Below, in pieces: positions 5,237 through 14,639 of a DNA stretch of 44,924 nucleotides (position 1 is the first letter of the stretch; every line of letters starts with the position of its first letter). A model generated the notes under the pieces. It searched no databases and had not been told where the DNA came from. It was given only the letters and a program-made list of their open reading frames with translations. Source of the DNA: Candidatus Moraniibacteriota bacterium (GTDB taxonomy: Bacteria > Patescibacteriota > Minisyncoccia > Moranbacterales > GCA-2747515). A program made the position numbers and the translations under genes. The stretch lies in the NCBI GenBank assembly GCA_030592425.1, contig JAUVJK010000002.1:1-44924 (forward strand), written 5' to 3'.

Positions 5237-5923
5237 ATGTCTACTCAAAGATCCCAAACAATTCTTCCAGTTAAACAACATGCCAAAAATGGAACTATTT
5301 CCCAACATATTTTAAAACTCCTTGGACTACGCCTCTGCGCAATGATATCAGTACGTGTTTTTAAAGAGAATTTTGTGAACAATTTAATTGTTTACGGCAT
5401 ATCAACTGACACATCCCTACGCTCAGAGAAAATTATTGACAATGGACGATCTGGTGACATCAAAACGATTGCACTGCTCTTGTATCCTGAGAATCCAAAT
5501 GATCCAAAAAGTAATAAGTCACGATTGCGGGATACTGGTTCACTGTATCGATGCGATATAAAAGTTCTTCCACAAAGAAATGCCCGCAAGTTAGCAGTGT
5601 CCATCGCAGCCAATCTTAAAAGAGGTTATCAAATTACAAAAAATGCCACTTTTGAGCTAACGCCACTAGCCTCAAAAAAGATGTCTAAGAACATTCCTCG
5701 CCAATCAGTCGATGTCCTAGTGAACGGCATTGAAATTCTCTTATCTTCTTTGAGCGATTGCCTCAAAAACATTCGGACCATTACAATCCAAAAAGATAAA
5801 GGATTTCTAACACAGGAAGATTCGTGCTCAGATATCCGTGAACAGTGCCTAATACTTGAACGTCTCAATATGCGAATTGATCAAAAGTGTCACGCATTAG
5901 ACATTCAGGGCATTCACTATTAG
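5237..5923 (+). CDS. Hypothetical basic cytoplasmic protein (228 aa)
   Basis: AGGAG 8 nt upstream of the ATG. No TM segment or signal peptide and no motif I recognise. Followed by its own terminator. Confidence 0.65.
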   Translation: MSTQRSQTILPVKQHAKNGTISQHILKLLGLRLCAMISVRVFKENFVNNLIVYGISTDTSLRSEKIIDNGRSGDIKTIALLLYPENPNDPKSNKSRLRDTGSLYRCDIKVLPQRNARKLAVSIAANLKRGYQITKNATFELTPLASKKMSKNIPRQSVDVLVNGIEILLSSLSDCLKNIRTITIQKDKGFLTQEDSCSDIREQCLILERLNMRIDQKCHALDIQGIHY

Positions 5924-5963
5924 TGTCAGTATAAGAACATCCACTTTCGCAATATCTATCTAG

Positions 5964-5994
5964 CTCGCTGTTTACAATAACCAGCGAGTTTTTT
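5964..5994 (+). terminator. Rho-independent terminator
   Basis: CTCGCTG-N11-CAGCGAG followed by TTTTTT. Confidence 0.75.
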
Positions 5995-5995
5995 C

Positions 5996-6024
5996 TTGCC
6001 TTAAAAACTACTCTTTGCTACAGT
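5996..6024 (+). promoter_or_regulatory. Promoter-like TTGCCT-17-TACAGT upstream of purH
   Basis: Hexamers at 5996-6001 and 6019-6024. Confidence 0.35.
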
Positions 6025-6049
6025 AACAGCATCGAATAATTGTATTCGT

Positions 6050-7714
6050 ATGGAAGATCGAGCCAAGAAGCTCGATTTTCGTGTTCCTGAACAACTTATG
6101 GTGAAAACTATGAAACTTCAAAAAATAGCACTCCTCTCCGTCTATCATAAAGACGGTATCGTCGAGTTTGCCCAAAGACTGATCACGCTCGGCTGGCGCA
6201 TCATTTCATCTGGTGGCACTGCCAAAACACTATCTGAAGCTGGCGTATCCGTTGAGGACGTTGCCAAACTCACAGGTCGTAAGGCAATTCTTGGGCACCG
6301 TGTTGTCACACTGGACCCAGCAATTCATGGTGGACTTCTGGCAACAGAAGATATGCGTATAGAGCTCAAAGAACTCGGATTCCCCTGGATTGACCTTGTC
6401 TGTGTAGATCTTTATCCACTCAAGGAGGCCATTGTAAATCCAGAAGCGACCACAATGTCTGTTATTGATCAGACTGACATCGGCGGTCCAACAATGTTGC
6501 GTTCTGCAGCAAAAGGGCGTCGCATTGTTATCGCTGACCCTGGTGATCGTGCAGAAGTACTCACATGGATCGAGAATGGCCAACCAGATAAAGAGTCCAT
6601 GCTCACAAAGCTAGCAGCAAAAGCTGAGGGCATCATCGCTGATTACTGTCTCGCTTCTGCTCGTTTCCACAGCAAAGGAAAAATTGATGGCATGGTCGGC
6701 ACACAAGTGCGTGAATGCAAATATGGTGAAAACGGATGGCAAAAACCAGCCGGACTATATACAACACAGACAAATGATTCACTAGCAGTCGATCAATTCT
6801 GTCTCATTACAAAGAACAAAGTTCCGGGATTTGTAAATGAATGTGATCATGACCGACTACTTCAGACGATCACACATATCGCAGCAGCATTTGATCTAAA
6901 CTATGGAACTGTTCCGTATATCGCAGTTGTCGTAAAGCATGGCAATGCCTGCGGTGCAGGCATTGGCGAATCACCGATTGATGCCCTAAAAGGGATGATT
7001 GATGGGGACCCAATCGCAATATTTGGCGGCGTAATGATCACAAACTTTCCGATTGATAATACTGAGCTTGATTGTGTGCGGACTTACAAATCCACAGAGA
7101 GCAAGCGCTTTCTTTCTGGAATCATCGCACCACAAATTTATGATGACGCCTCAGAAGAACTTGCAAAGAGCAACTGTTATCTCCAAGAAGTTACAGAGCT
7201 CGAAAACTTAACGCAGGAAAGCCTCCTAACAGGAGCAATGCTACGACCAGTACGCGGAGGCTTCCTCAAGCAACAAGCCTTCACATTCGTACTGAATCTC
7301 AGTTCTGAACTAAACAGTGTCACAACTGGATTTGCACTAACTTCGGCACAGCGACAAGATATTCTCCTTGCGTGGGCAATTGGCTCAACAAGTACAAGTA
7401 ATACCATCACGCTCGTACGACACGGTATCCTTATCGGTAACGGCACCGGACAACAGGATCGAGTGAAAGCTGCTGAACTCAGTGTTGAAAGGGCACGGAG
7501 AGGAGCTCACAAGATCGAAGGTTCTGTTGCCTATTCTGATAGTTTCTTCCCATTTCCAGATGGCGTTGAGGTCCTTACCAAGGCTGGCGTAAAGGCAATC
7601 TTTGCATCAAGTGGCTCCAGGGGGGATGAAGCAGTTGTAGAACACTGTGTAAATGCTGGTGTTACGCTATGCATGTTACCTGACACAGTCTGTCGCGGAT
7701 TCTACGGACACTAA
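6050..7714 (+). CDS. purH: Bifunctional AICAR formyltransferase / IMP cyclohydrolase
   Basis: KIALLSVYHKDGIVEFAQRL..SSGGTAKTL..DIGGPTMLRSAAK (MGS-like/IMPCH domain), VVVKHGNACG and DSFFPFPDG (AICARFT domain). The true start may be an internal Met (MVKT or MKLQK, 6098-6110). Confidence 0.85.
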   Translation: MEDRAKKLDFRVPEQLMVKTMKLQKIALLSVYHKDGIVEFAQRLITLGWRIISSGGTAKTLSEAGVSVEDVAKLTGRKAILGHRVVTLDPAIHGGLLATEDMRIELKELGFPWIDLVCVDLYPLKEAIVNPEATTMSVIDQTDIGGPTMLRSAAKGRRIVIADPGDRAEVLTWIENGQPDKESMLTKLAAKAEGIIADYCLASARFHSKGKIDGMVGTQVRECKYGENGWQKPAGLYTTQTNDSLAVDQFCLITKNKVPGFVNECDHDRLLQTITHIAAAFDLNYGTVPYIAVVVKHGNACGAGIGESPIDALKGMIDGDPIAIFGGVMITNFPIDNTELDCVRTYKSTESKRFLSGIIAPQIYDDASEELAKSNCYLQEVTELENLTQESLLTGAMLRPVRGGFLKQQAFTFVLNLSSELNSVTTGFALTSAQRQDILLAWAIGSTSTSNTITLVRHGILIGNGTGQQDRVKAAELSVERARRGAHKIEGSVAYSDSFFPFPDGVEVLTKAGVKAIFASSGSRGDEAVVEHCVNAGVTLCMLPDTVCRGFYGH

Positions 7715-7744
7715 GACCCTTCCCCGGTTCATTGAACCATCCAC

Positions 7745-7789
7745 ACGGAGACTCTCTTTCTATCACAGAAGAGAATTCTCCGTTTTTTA
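7745..7789 (+). terminator. Rho-independent terminator after purH
   Basis: ACGGAGA..TCTCTT / AAGAGA..TCTCCGT long hairpin followed by TTTTT. Confidence 0.75.
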
Positions 7790-7918
7790 TTATCTACATA
7801 TTAAATTCTTGCTTTTCTCCATTAATCACGCTAAAGTACCCCTACCAATAAATTGGTACGAAAAGCTAGTAATCTACTAGTTTTGTTATTTTAAAACTCA
7901 ATATATGGGGTACTTGCC

Positions 7919-9307
7919 ATGACCACAAATAAATTAACCGAGCTAAATGCAATCAGCTCTATTGATGGACGCTATGGGGGGAAAACAGCTACATTGAGAT
8001 CTACCATGAGTGAGGAAGGCCTGATACGCAGGCGTTTATTCATGGAGATCCTCTACTTGATTTTCCTCAGCCGCAAAGAAGGCATTGATATTCCACCGAT
8101 CACCGACGAGGATGCAGAATCACTTCTCAAAATTCCGAAAAATACTGATGCGCCAGCGATGGTGAAGCATATTGAGAAGACGACCAATCATGATGTTAAG
8201 TCTACGGAGTATTATATCGTTAGCTGCATCAGAGGCACAGAACTCGAGAAGTATATCAATTATGTGCATTTCGCTCTCACATCAGAAGACACAACCAATA
8301 TCGCCCTTGCCCTCATGGTAATGGAAGCGATCAGTGAAGTACTCCTGCCAAGTTTAGATGACGTGATGCACACACTCAGGTATATGATTCTTGCGTATGC
8401 AGATCTTCCGATGCTTTCACATACACATGGGCAACCCGCATCGCCTACAACTGTCGGAAAGGAGATCTCTGTGCACTACAAGCGCCTGGAACGCCAAATA
8501 GAAAAGCTTAAGCAATTTATTATTCTCATCAAGCTTAATGGAGCATCTGGAAACTATAATGCACATCAATCTGCTTACCCACAAGAAGACTGGCCTAAGT
8601 TTACCCAAGACTTCACTGCTTACCTTCAATCTGAGACTGGGATCAAGCTGGAAGCCAATTTGCACACAACACAGATTGAGCCGTTTGACGCGTTTGTTGA
8701 GCTATTTCAAATTTTCCACAACATCAACATGATAACACTGGATTTCTGTCAGGATACGTGGCAGTACATCAGTGATGATTACTATGGTCTCAAGCCAAAG
8801 GACGGGGAAATTGGCTCCTCAACGATGCCACACAAAGTAAATCCTATAAACTTTGAGAATGCCGAGGGTAATCTTTTGATAGGCAACGCGCTATTTGACT
8901 GCTATTGCAACGTACTGCAGAAATCACGTCGCCAACGCGATCTCAGCTGTTCAACCATCTCTCGCACCTTTGGAACAGCATTCGCGCACTGTCTAGTTGC
9001 CTATAAATCATTGCAAGATGGTCTTGGCAAGCTACTGGTCAACAAAGCTGTTTTGAATGATGATTTGGAGGGCAACCCAGCTGTAATTAGCGAGGCTCTG
9101 CAAACGATCATGCGGGATAATGGAGTTGACAAGCCTTATGAAGTTCTGAAGAAATTTACACGAAGGAAGTCCCACGTTACACTCGAGGACTTCCATACAT
9201 TTATTGATAAGCTTGAAATTGATGATTCCCTCAAGGAGCAAATGAAAGCTATTACCCCATCGAACTATACCGGGATCGCAGGCACATTGGCAAAAATGGC
9301 TGAATAA
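7919..9307 (+). CDS. purB: Adenylosuccinate lyase
   Basis: ISSIDGRYG start region. Fumarate-lyase signature GSSTMPHKVNPINFENAEGN. 462 aa. Confidence 0.9.
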   Translation: MTTNKLTELNAISSIDGRYGGKTATLRSTMSEEGLIRRRLFMEILYLIFLSRKEGIDIPPITDEDAESLLKIPKNTDAPAMVKHIEKTTNHDVKSTEYYIVSCIRGTELEKYINYVHFALTSEDTTNIALALMVMEAISEVLLPSLDDVMHTLRYMILAYADLPMLSHTHGQPASPTTVGKEISVHYKRLERQIEKLKQFIILIKLNGASGNYNAHQSAYPQEDWPKFTQDFTAYLQSETGIKLEANLHTTQIEPFDAFVELFQIFHNINMITLDFCQDTWQYISDDYYGLKPKDGEIGSSTMPHKVNPINFENAEGNLLIGNALFDCYCNVLQKSRRQRDLSCSTISRTFGTAFAHCLVAYKSLQDGLGKLLVNKAVLNDDLEGNPAVISEALQTIMRDNGVDKPYEVLKKFTRRKSHVTLEDFHTFIDKLEIDDSLKEQMKAITPSNYTGIAGTLAKMAE

Positions 9308-9333
9308 CATTCATTAACATTTTTCCAATAGTC

Positions 9334-9368
9334 AACCAGGGGAGCATCTGCTCCGCCTGGTTTTTTAA
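9334..9368 (+). terminator. Rho-independent terminator after purB
   Basis: AACCAGG-GGAGCA-TC-TGCTCC-G-CCTGGTT followed by TTTTT. Confidence 0.85.
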
Positions 9369-9513
9369 TTTTATAATGAGTCTTGATGATTTTCTTGCCT
9401 TTTCTAGAAAATTCATATAAAGTACCCATATCGAATTATTTCAATTCGTAAGAAGGAATTAAGTAACAAACTTGATTCTTTTTCGTTCTTGAACAACTTA
9501 TAGGTATCGTATC

Positions 9514-10044
9514 ATGGAAATGAAAGTGGGTATTTATCTCGGAAGTGATTCTGATAAAGATCTCTTTGAAGCTTCACAAGCGCAGGAAATCCTAAAATAC
9601 ATGGGAATTCCTGCATCCTCATCTATTGCGTCTGCTGATCGCAATCCCATCAAGCTTAACGAACACTGCAAAGATGCAGTCGACAATGGAGTTGGGATTT
9701 TTATCGCTGCAGCAGGGCTTGCAGCAGTTCTTCCAAGTATTATTGCTGTAAATACTGCACGACTTTTCCCTGTCATTGCTGTGCCTTTACCAGGCGGTAC
9801 AGCCCTTGGCGAGAGTGCGTCACTGCTAACATCCCTTATGAAACCATCAGGCGCACCAATTCCTGTTACTGGAGCATTCGGCAAAGCGGGCTTTGATAAT
9901 GCTGCCCTCCTTGCCGCGCAGATCATCGGTCTCTCGCGTCCTGATATACAAGCAAGACTCCTGCGCTACTTTGCAGATCAAGACAGCATTCACAAACCTA
10001 TCCAGAGTAATTTCTGGACAACCACACCAAACACTGGAGAATAA
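9514..10044 (+). CDS. purE: PurE-like (AIR carboxylase / N5-CAIR mutase family) protein with substituted catalytic histidines
   Basis: [30 protein letters not shown] and [15 protein letters not shown] are collinear with PurE. SAHRTP reads SADRNP, and AAHLPG reads AAVLPS. Confidence 0.7.
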   Translation: MEMKVGIYLGSDSDKDLFEASQAQEILKYMGIPASSSIASADRNPIKLNEHCKDAVDNGVGIFIAAAGLAAVLPSIIAVNTARLFPVIAVPLPGGTALGESASLLTSLMKPSGAPIPVTGAFGKAGFDNAALLAAQIIGLSRPDIQARLLRYFADQDSIHKPIQSNFWTTTPNTGE

Positions 10045-10046
10045 AC

Positions 10047-10937
10047 ATGAAACAAGGTCAATCTTTACACTCATCAGATCTACCCGATCTGCAACTCCTC
10101 AGCCGTGGCAAAGTACGAGACATTTATGCATGGGGCGATAATCACTTATTAATCGTCACTACTGACCGACTGTCCGCATTTGACGTCATTCTGCCCCAAG
10201 CTATACCTGGAAAAGGAGAAGTGCTGACACGTGTAGCCAACTTCTGGTTCAAGCGTACCGAAAACCCGGTCCCCAACCACCTGTCCAACCTGCCACTTGA
10301 AGGAGTGGTTTCGGATCCTGATGAACGTCTCGCCTTAGGTGATCGCGCTATCGTTGTCAAGAAACTGACGCCACTTCCAGTCGAGGCTATCGTCCGCGGC
10401 TACCTAATCGGCTCTGGATGGAAAGACTATCAAAGCAGTGGCGCAGTCTGTGGTATCGAACTGCCCAAAGGCCTCCAGTTGGCTGACAAGCTACCCGAAG
10501 CCATCTACACTCCATCAACCAAGGCTGAAGCTGGTAAACACGATGAGAACATCAGTTACAATAAAACTGTCGTTCTGCTTAGTGAAGAATTAGCAGAACA
10601 AGTGCGTGACCTCAGCCTACAGATCTACACCGAAGCTGCAGAATATGCCCTGACTCGGAACATCATCATCGCTGATACCAAGTTCGAGTTTGGCTTGGAC
10701 ACTAACGGTGCACTCCATCTGATCGACGAGGTGCTGACACCCGATTCCTCCCGCTTCTGGCCAGCAGACCAGTATCAACCAGGTATGAGCCCACCGAGCT
10801 TCGATAAGCAATACGTTCGCGATTATCTCGAAACTCTGGACTGGAACAAAAAAGAACCTGGTCCCAAATTGCCCGAAGAAGTCATACAAATCACAGCACA
10901 GAAGTACCGCGATGCGGAACGACTACTGACAAGCTAA
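10047..10937 (+). CDS. purC: SAICAR synthetase (long form)
   Basis: [54 protein letters not shown]. The ATG is 2 nt after the purE stop. Confidence 0.9.
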   Translation: MKQGQSLHSSDLPDLQLLSRGKVRDIYAWGDNHLLIVTTDRLSAFDVILPQAIPGKGEVLTRVANFWFKRTENPVPNHLSNLPLEGVVSDPDERLALGDRAIVVKKLTPLPVEAIVRGYLIGSGWKDYQSSGAVCGIELPKGLQLADKLPEAIYTPSTKAEAGKHDENISYNKTVVLLSEELAEQVRDLSLQIYTEAAEYALTRNIIIADTKFEFGLDTNGALHLIDEVLTPDSSRFWPADQYQPGMSPPSFDKQYVRDYLETLDWNKKEPGPKLPEEVIQITAQKYRDAERLLTS

Positions 10938-10962
10938 TTTCAGCAGTTCGCAAAGCTACAAC

Positions 10963-10997
10963 GTCGCAGATTGCCTAACGGCAACTGCGACATTTTA
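10963..10997. terminator. Hairpin terminator between convergent purC and udg
   Basis: GTCGCAG-A-TTGCC-TAAC-GGCAA-CTGCGAC followed by ATTTTATT. Confidence 0.7.
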
Positions 10998-11015
10998 TTA
11001 TCAAAATAGACAACA

Positions 11016-11600
11016 TTATTTTTTTTTCTTAATTTTCTCTAAAAGTTTCGGGACAGTACTAAAGTCCTTAATCAATGTTTCACGTAAGCTTCCATTATAA
11101 AGTGCTGCTGCTGGATGATAGAGTGCAAAATAATCGCGGGAGCCGAGTCCTGATACTTCCCTTCTAAAAGAGTTACCATGTGCCTCAGAGATTTTTTGTC
11201 CTGGCACAAAACGCTCAAGCGCATGACGACCCAGTGGCACGATCAATAAAGGATCAATAAGATCGATCTGTCCACAAAGCCACATCCAACAATCCTCAAC
11301 CTCCTGCGGTGATGGATCACGGTTGTCAGGTGGTCGATACTTCACCACATTTGTTATATAAATATCTTCACGAGACAGTTTCACAGATCCTAGCATCTCA
11401 TCAAGGAACTTTCCCGCCGCACCAATAAACGGTTCACCTTTCTCATCCTCTTTCTTCCCAGGTGCCTCACCAATAAAGACAATATCTGCGTCAGCACTTC
11501 CCTTCCCAGAAACAACATTGATCGCCGTTGCTTTTAGTTTACAAGTACACATCTCATGCATCGATGTGTTCAATTTTTGCAATTCTCTTTTCTTATTCAT
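11016..11600 (-). CDS. udg: Uracil-DNA glycosylase, family 4
   Basis: IVFIGEAPGKKEDEKGEPFIGAAGKFL motif and C-terminal HPAAALY motif. Confidence 0.85.
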   Translation of the reverse strand: MNKKRELQKLNTSMHEMCTCKLKATAINVVSGKGSADADIVFIGEAPGKKEDEKGEPFIGAAGKFLDEMLGSVKLSREDIYITNVVKYRPPDNRDPSPQEVEDCWMWLCGQIDLIDPLLIVPLGRHALERFVPGQKISEAHGNSFRREVSGLGSRDYFALYHPAAALYNGSLRETLIKDFSTVPKLLEKIKKKK

Positions 11601-11670
11601 ACACTTAGGATACTAAAGTCTCACAGATGATTCAAATTCAGCTATCTCAAGATATCAAAAAATAACATTG

Positions 11671-12630
11671 CTAAACGATTTCCCATTCACCATTATGATC
11701 AATGATTTTTCCATCCATCTCAAATCCACTCGCTAAAGGATGTCCACCACCCCCAAATTGATGTGCGATTTTTGATACATCTACACCTGCATCCTTCTGC
11801 GCTCGCAAACTCGCTTTGATCCGACCCTTACTGATCTGGAAAATAATCAATGAATACCTTGTGTCTGGAACAGTGCTCAAAATCGAAGCGACTTCCTTAA
11901 TATCCTCTGAGGAAGGCTGTTGCCCATTGAGATCTTCACTTGTCAGGGCAGTAACGATCATACCGGTCTTTGTATCAAGGCGCGCTTTTTCCAAAGCAGT
12001 TCCCCACAACTTCAGTGTTTCAATTTTTTTATTTGCAAAAACGCGCTCCATAATGCATGACGTATCAGCGCCATGCTGCATCAGATCTGCTGCAGCCTTC
12101 ATGACATGTGCCGACGTATTCGCATGCTGAAAGCCACCCGTATCTCCAAGTATTCCAAGTAAAAGCGTTGTTGCAATTTCTTTTGTGATAACAAGCTCTA
12201 CAAAAATAAAATATTCATACAAGATTTCACATGTCGCTGCATAGGTTGGGTCGATGATCAAAACATCTGCATCAAGAACAATGTCATGATGATGATCAAT
12301 TGCCACTGTTACGCAGTCCTCATTAAGATTTTGAATAATATCGGCAAAACCACGATCAACACTATCACAACCGATCACAACATCATAAGAAGAAAGATCG
12401 AGGTCATCAGGATGAGAGAAATGACCATCTAACATATTGATTAAAAATTCAGGGAAAGGGCTATAACAAGCAATTTCTACGATGATACTTTGTTCCTCGA
12501 GATATTCTTTCATGGCCAAAACAGACCCAACAGCATCAGGATCTGGTCGTGTATGCGCTACAAGGAGAAGTTTCTTTGCATGCGCTACAATATACTGCAG
12601 TGTGGTGAATTCCTGTTTAAAAGCGTGCAT
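11671..12630 (-). CDS. nrnA: DHH/DHHA1 family phosphoesterase (NrnA-like oligoribonuclease / pAp phosphatase)
   Basis: HTRPDPDAVGS, AIDHHHD and GGGGHPLASG motifs. Confidence 0.8.
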   Translation of the reverse strand: MHAFKQEFTTLQYIVAHAKKLLLVAHTRPDPDAVGSVLAMKEYLEEQSIIVEIACYSPFPEFLINMLDGHFSHPDDLDLSSYDVVIGCDSVDRGFADIIQNLNEDCVTVAIDHHHDIVLDADVLIIDPTYAATCEILYEYFIFVELVITKEIATTLLLGILGDTGGFQHANTSAHVMKAAADLMQHGADTSCIMERVFANKKIETLKLWGTALEKARLDTKTGMIVTALTSEDLNGQQPSSEDIKEVASILSTVPDTRYSLIIFQISKGRIKASLRAQKDAGVDVSKIAHQFGGGGHPLASGFEMDGKIIDHNGEWEIV

Positions 12631-12631
12631 G

Positions 12632-12964
12632 TCATACGTCTTCGCGGATCAATCGTTCAAGTTCATCTGCCTTTTCCTCGATATCTGTCTGAATAAAACG
12701 AATGCGTGGCAATGGTTTCATATGCAATCTCCGATTAAGATCTCCCTGCAATGCATACATCTCATGCGCAAGGGTTTTGAGAACATAATCAGCTTCTGTC
12801 ACTGGGAAAATACTAATGAACACATTAGTGTATCGAAGATCGACAGAGGTGTCAATTTTCTCGATCGTTACAAAGATACCAGACTTAAAAGTGATATTCT
12901 TTATTATTAATTCGCCTAATTCTTTTTTTAAAAGTTGATTAACCTTTTCAATTCGTTCTGACAT
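12632..12964 (-). CDS. rbfA: Ribosome-binding factor A
   Basis: 110 aa. MSERIEKVNQLLKKELGELI..IDTSVDLRYTNVFIS pattern. Its stop abuts the nrnA start. Confidence 0.8.
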   Translation of the reverse strand: MSERIEKVNQLLKKELGELIIKNITFKSGIFVTIEKIDTSVDLRYTNVFISIFPVTEADYVLKTLAHEMYALQGDLNRRLHMKPLPRIRFIQTDIEEKADELERLIREDV

Positions 12965-13122
12965 AATGATAAAAAATTATAGTAAAATTATTTCTTATAA
13001 AAATCAACAAACAGACTGACTGCAAGCTAAAGCGCTATAGCAATCTTTACATGACGATTTCTCAATCAGATATGGTTAGTAAAGATTATAATTTCTTCTC
13101 AGACAAACATTGTATAGACTTG

Positions 13123-13194
13123 TGCCCCAACCAGGAGTCGAACCTAGATCTGATCCTTAGGAGGGATCCGTTCTATCCATTGAACTATTGAGGC
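13123..13194 (-). tRNA. trnR: tRNA-Arg (anticodon CCT)
   Basis: Minus strand GCCTCAATAGTTCAATGGATAGAACGGATCCCTCCTAAGGATCAGATCTAGGTTCGACTCCTGGTTGGGGCA, with anticodon arm GATCC-CTCCTAA-GGATC. Confidence 0.9.
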
Positions 13195-13460
13195 ATATCA
13201 TGGCGCAACAGAAGTTACTTACAACGTATTAATGCGATTCTAGCGCATAATGACATTCCTGACAACATTAAATAGAAAATTTATTGCAAAATATTATTGA
13301 GACCCTAGGATCTTACTTATTTTATGTTTCATATTATGCCATATTTTTCTATATTTGCCAAGTTATGTGAGCTGCATTCTAACCCTAATCTTAATTTCTT
13401 TCCATAAAAAGACATTGTCCCTGTATAATTGTTTAGCGTCAAAACATAACAATTAATACG

Positions 13461-13645
13461 ATGAAGAGATTTCTCACAAACATATTACACCAGATTAGGT
13501 ATCAGGGATAGCTATATTCAAAAGATCAAAATTCTTACAGAAAACTATCGCCAAGATGATTGGTGTGTCACCAAGTACAATCTCACAAATTTTGTTTCAC
13601 GTGAAACAAAATTTTATACTTTTTCTTAAATCTTATATTTTTTAA
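13461..13645 (+). pseudogene. Frameshifted remnant of an XRE-family helix-turn-helix gene
   Basis: MKRFLTNILHQIRYQG* (13461-13511), then in the next frame ..KRSKFLQKTIAKMIGVSPSTISQI.. up to TAA 13643-13645. The QKTIAKMIGVSPSTISQI segment matches the XRE HTH pattern. Confidence 0.4.
13587..13614. repeat. 28-bp perfect palindrome AAATTTTGTTTCAC|GTGAAACAAAATTT
   Basis: Checked base by base. The core TTGTTTCACGTGAAACAA is identical to the site at 14009-14026. Confidence 0.9.
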
Positions 13646-14008
13646 ATGCTAAAAATTTAACCAGTACTATATTTAGGTAAGCTAATTTGTCCAGAAATAT
13701 TCTATCCAAATAAATGAAAAAATAACTACAACATTCCTTCTTACCACCCCAAAGATGAGATCTCTAAACAATTATGAAAAATAAGAAAATAAGCTATGAA
13801 AAAATACGCCGCTATTAATACGTCATTATTCAAAATGCTCTTACAGCATTAGGTAGAGAACACTTGCGGTAAAAGCGCATCACTATAAATAAGATAGTTC
13901 TTAGGAATAATCCTAATTCTATCATACAAAAGAACTGTCTCATCAACAGAAAGTATTTTTAGTGAGTAAAATTTAGGTATTCACAGAGATGGCATATAAT
14001 AAATTTTA

Positions 14009-14026
14009 TTGTTTCACGTGAAACAA
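14009..14026. repeat. 18-bp perfect palindrome TTGTTTCAC|GTGAAACAA (second copy)
   Basis: Identical 18-mer, 422 bp from the first copy, in the same gene desert. Confidence 0.9.
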
Positions 14027-14639
14027 ATTAGTTACAACTTTTCTAACCACTAATAAGACAACTTTTTCAAACTCCACAAGACAGTTTTATTCATCGACGA
14101 AAACTAATGAAATAAGCTGATCAAAATTATATAGTGTGATAACTAAGTAAATATTACAACCAAATATCTAAAAATCATGTAGAAAATGCTAATAACTCGC
14201 AAGAAGTATTAAATGAGGATGAATTCTAGTCTTTTTCAACATATTTTCTTATTACTGTCAAGTCTTTGATGTAATTACACAAAAATCACTGACTATTGAT
14301 ATACTTATATATTGCCTATAACTCTCACATACAGTCTACATCGGATTAGGGTGTTAAGAACTAGCAAATAAGAACCAAAAGGATGATAATAGTAATTATT
14401 TCAATATAATTAGTTAAAATACACTTCTAATTGATAATTTAATACAATTAGAATCTCTTATTGTATAAACTATTTCAGGCTGATTTACTCAACATTATAG
14501 TAAGAATTTGCGCATATTTAAAAAAACTGTTTTGAAATAGGGGAGTATAGATCATTAACTTCCAAGATCACTAAAGTTATTAACAGAAATAACTATTCCT
14601 TTTCCAAAATTTATGGTATGATTACATCATAGAAAAAAT

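Noticed and set aside
9369-9513. Possible purine riboswitch upstream of the purE-like/purC operon
   Set aside because: The conserved purine-riboswitch blocks (UAUGG..UUUCUACC..CCGUAAA..GACUA type) are not present.
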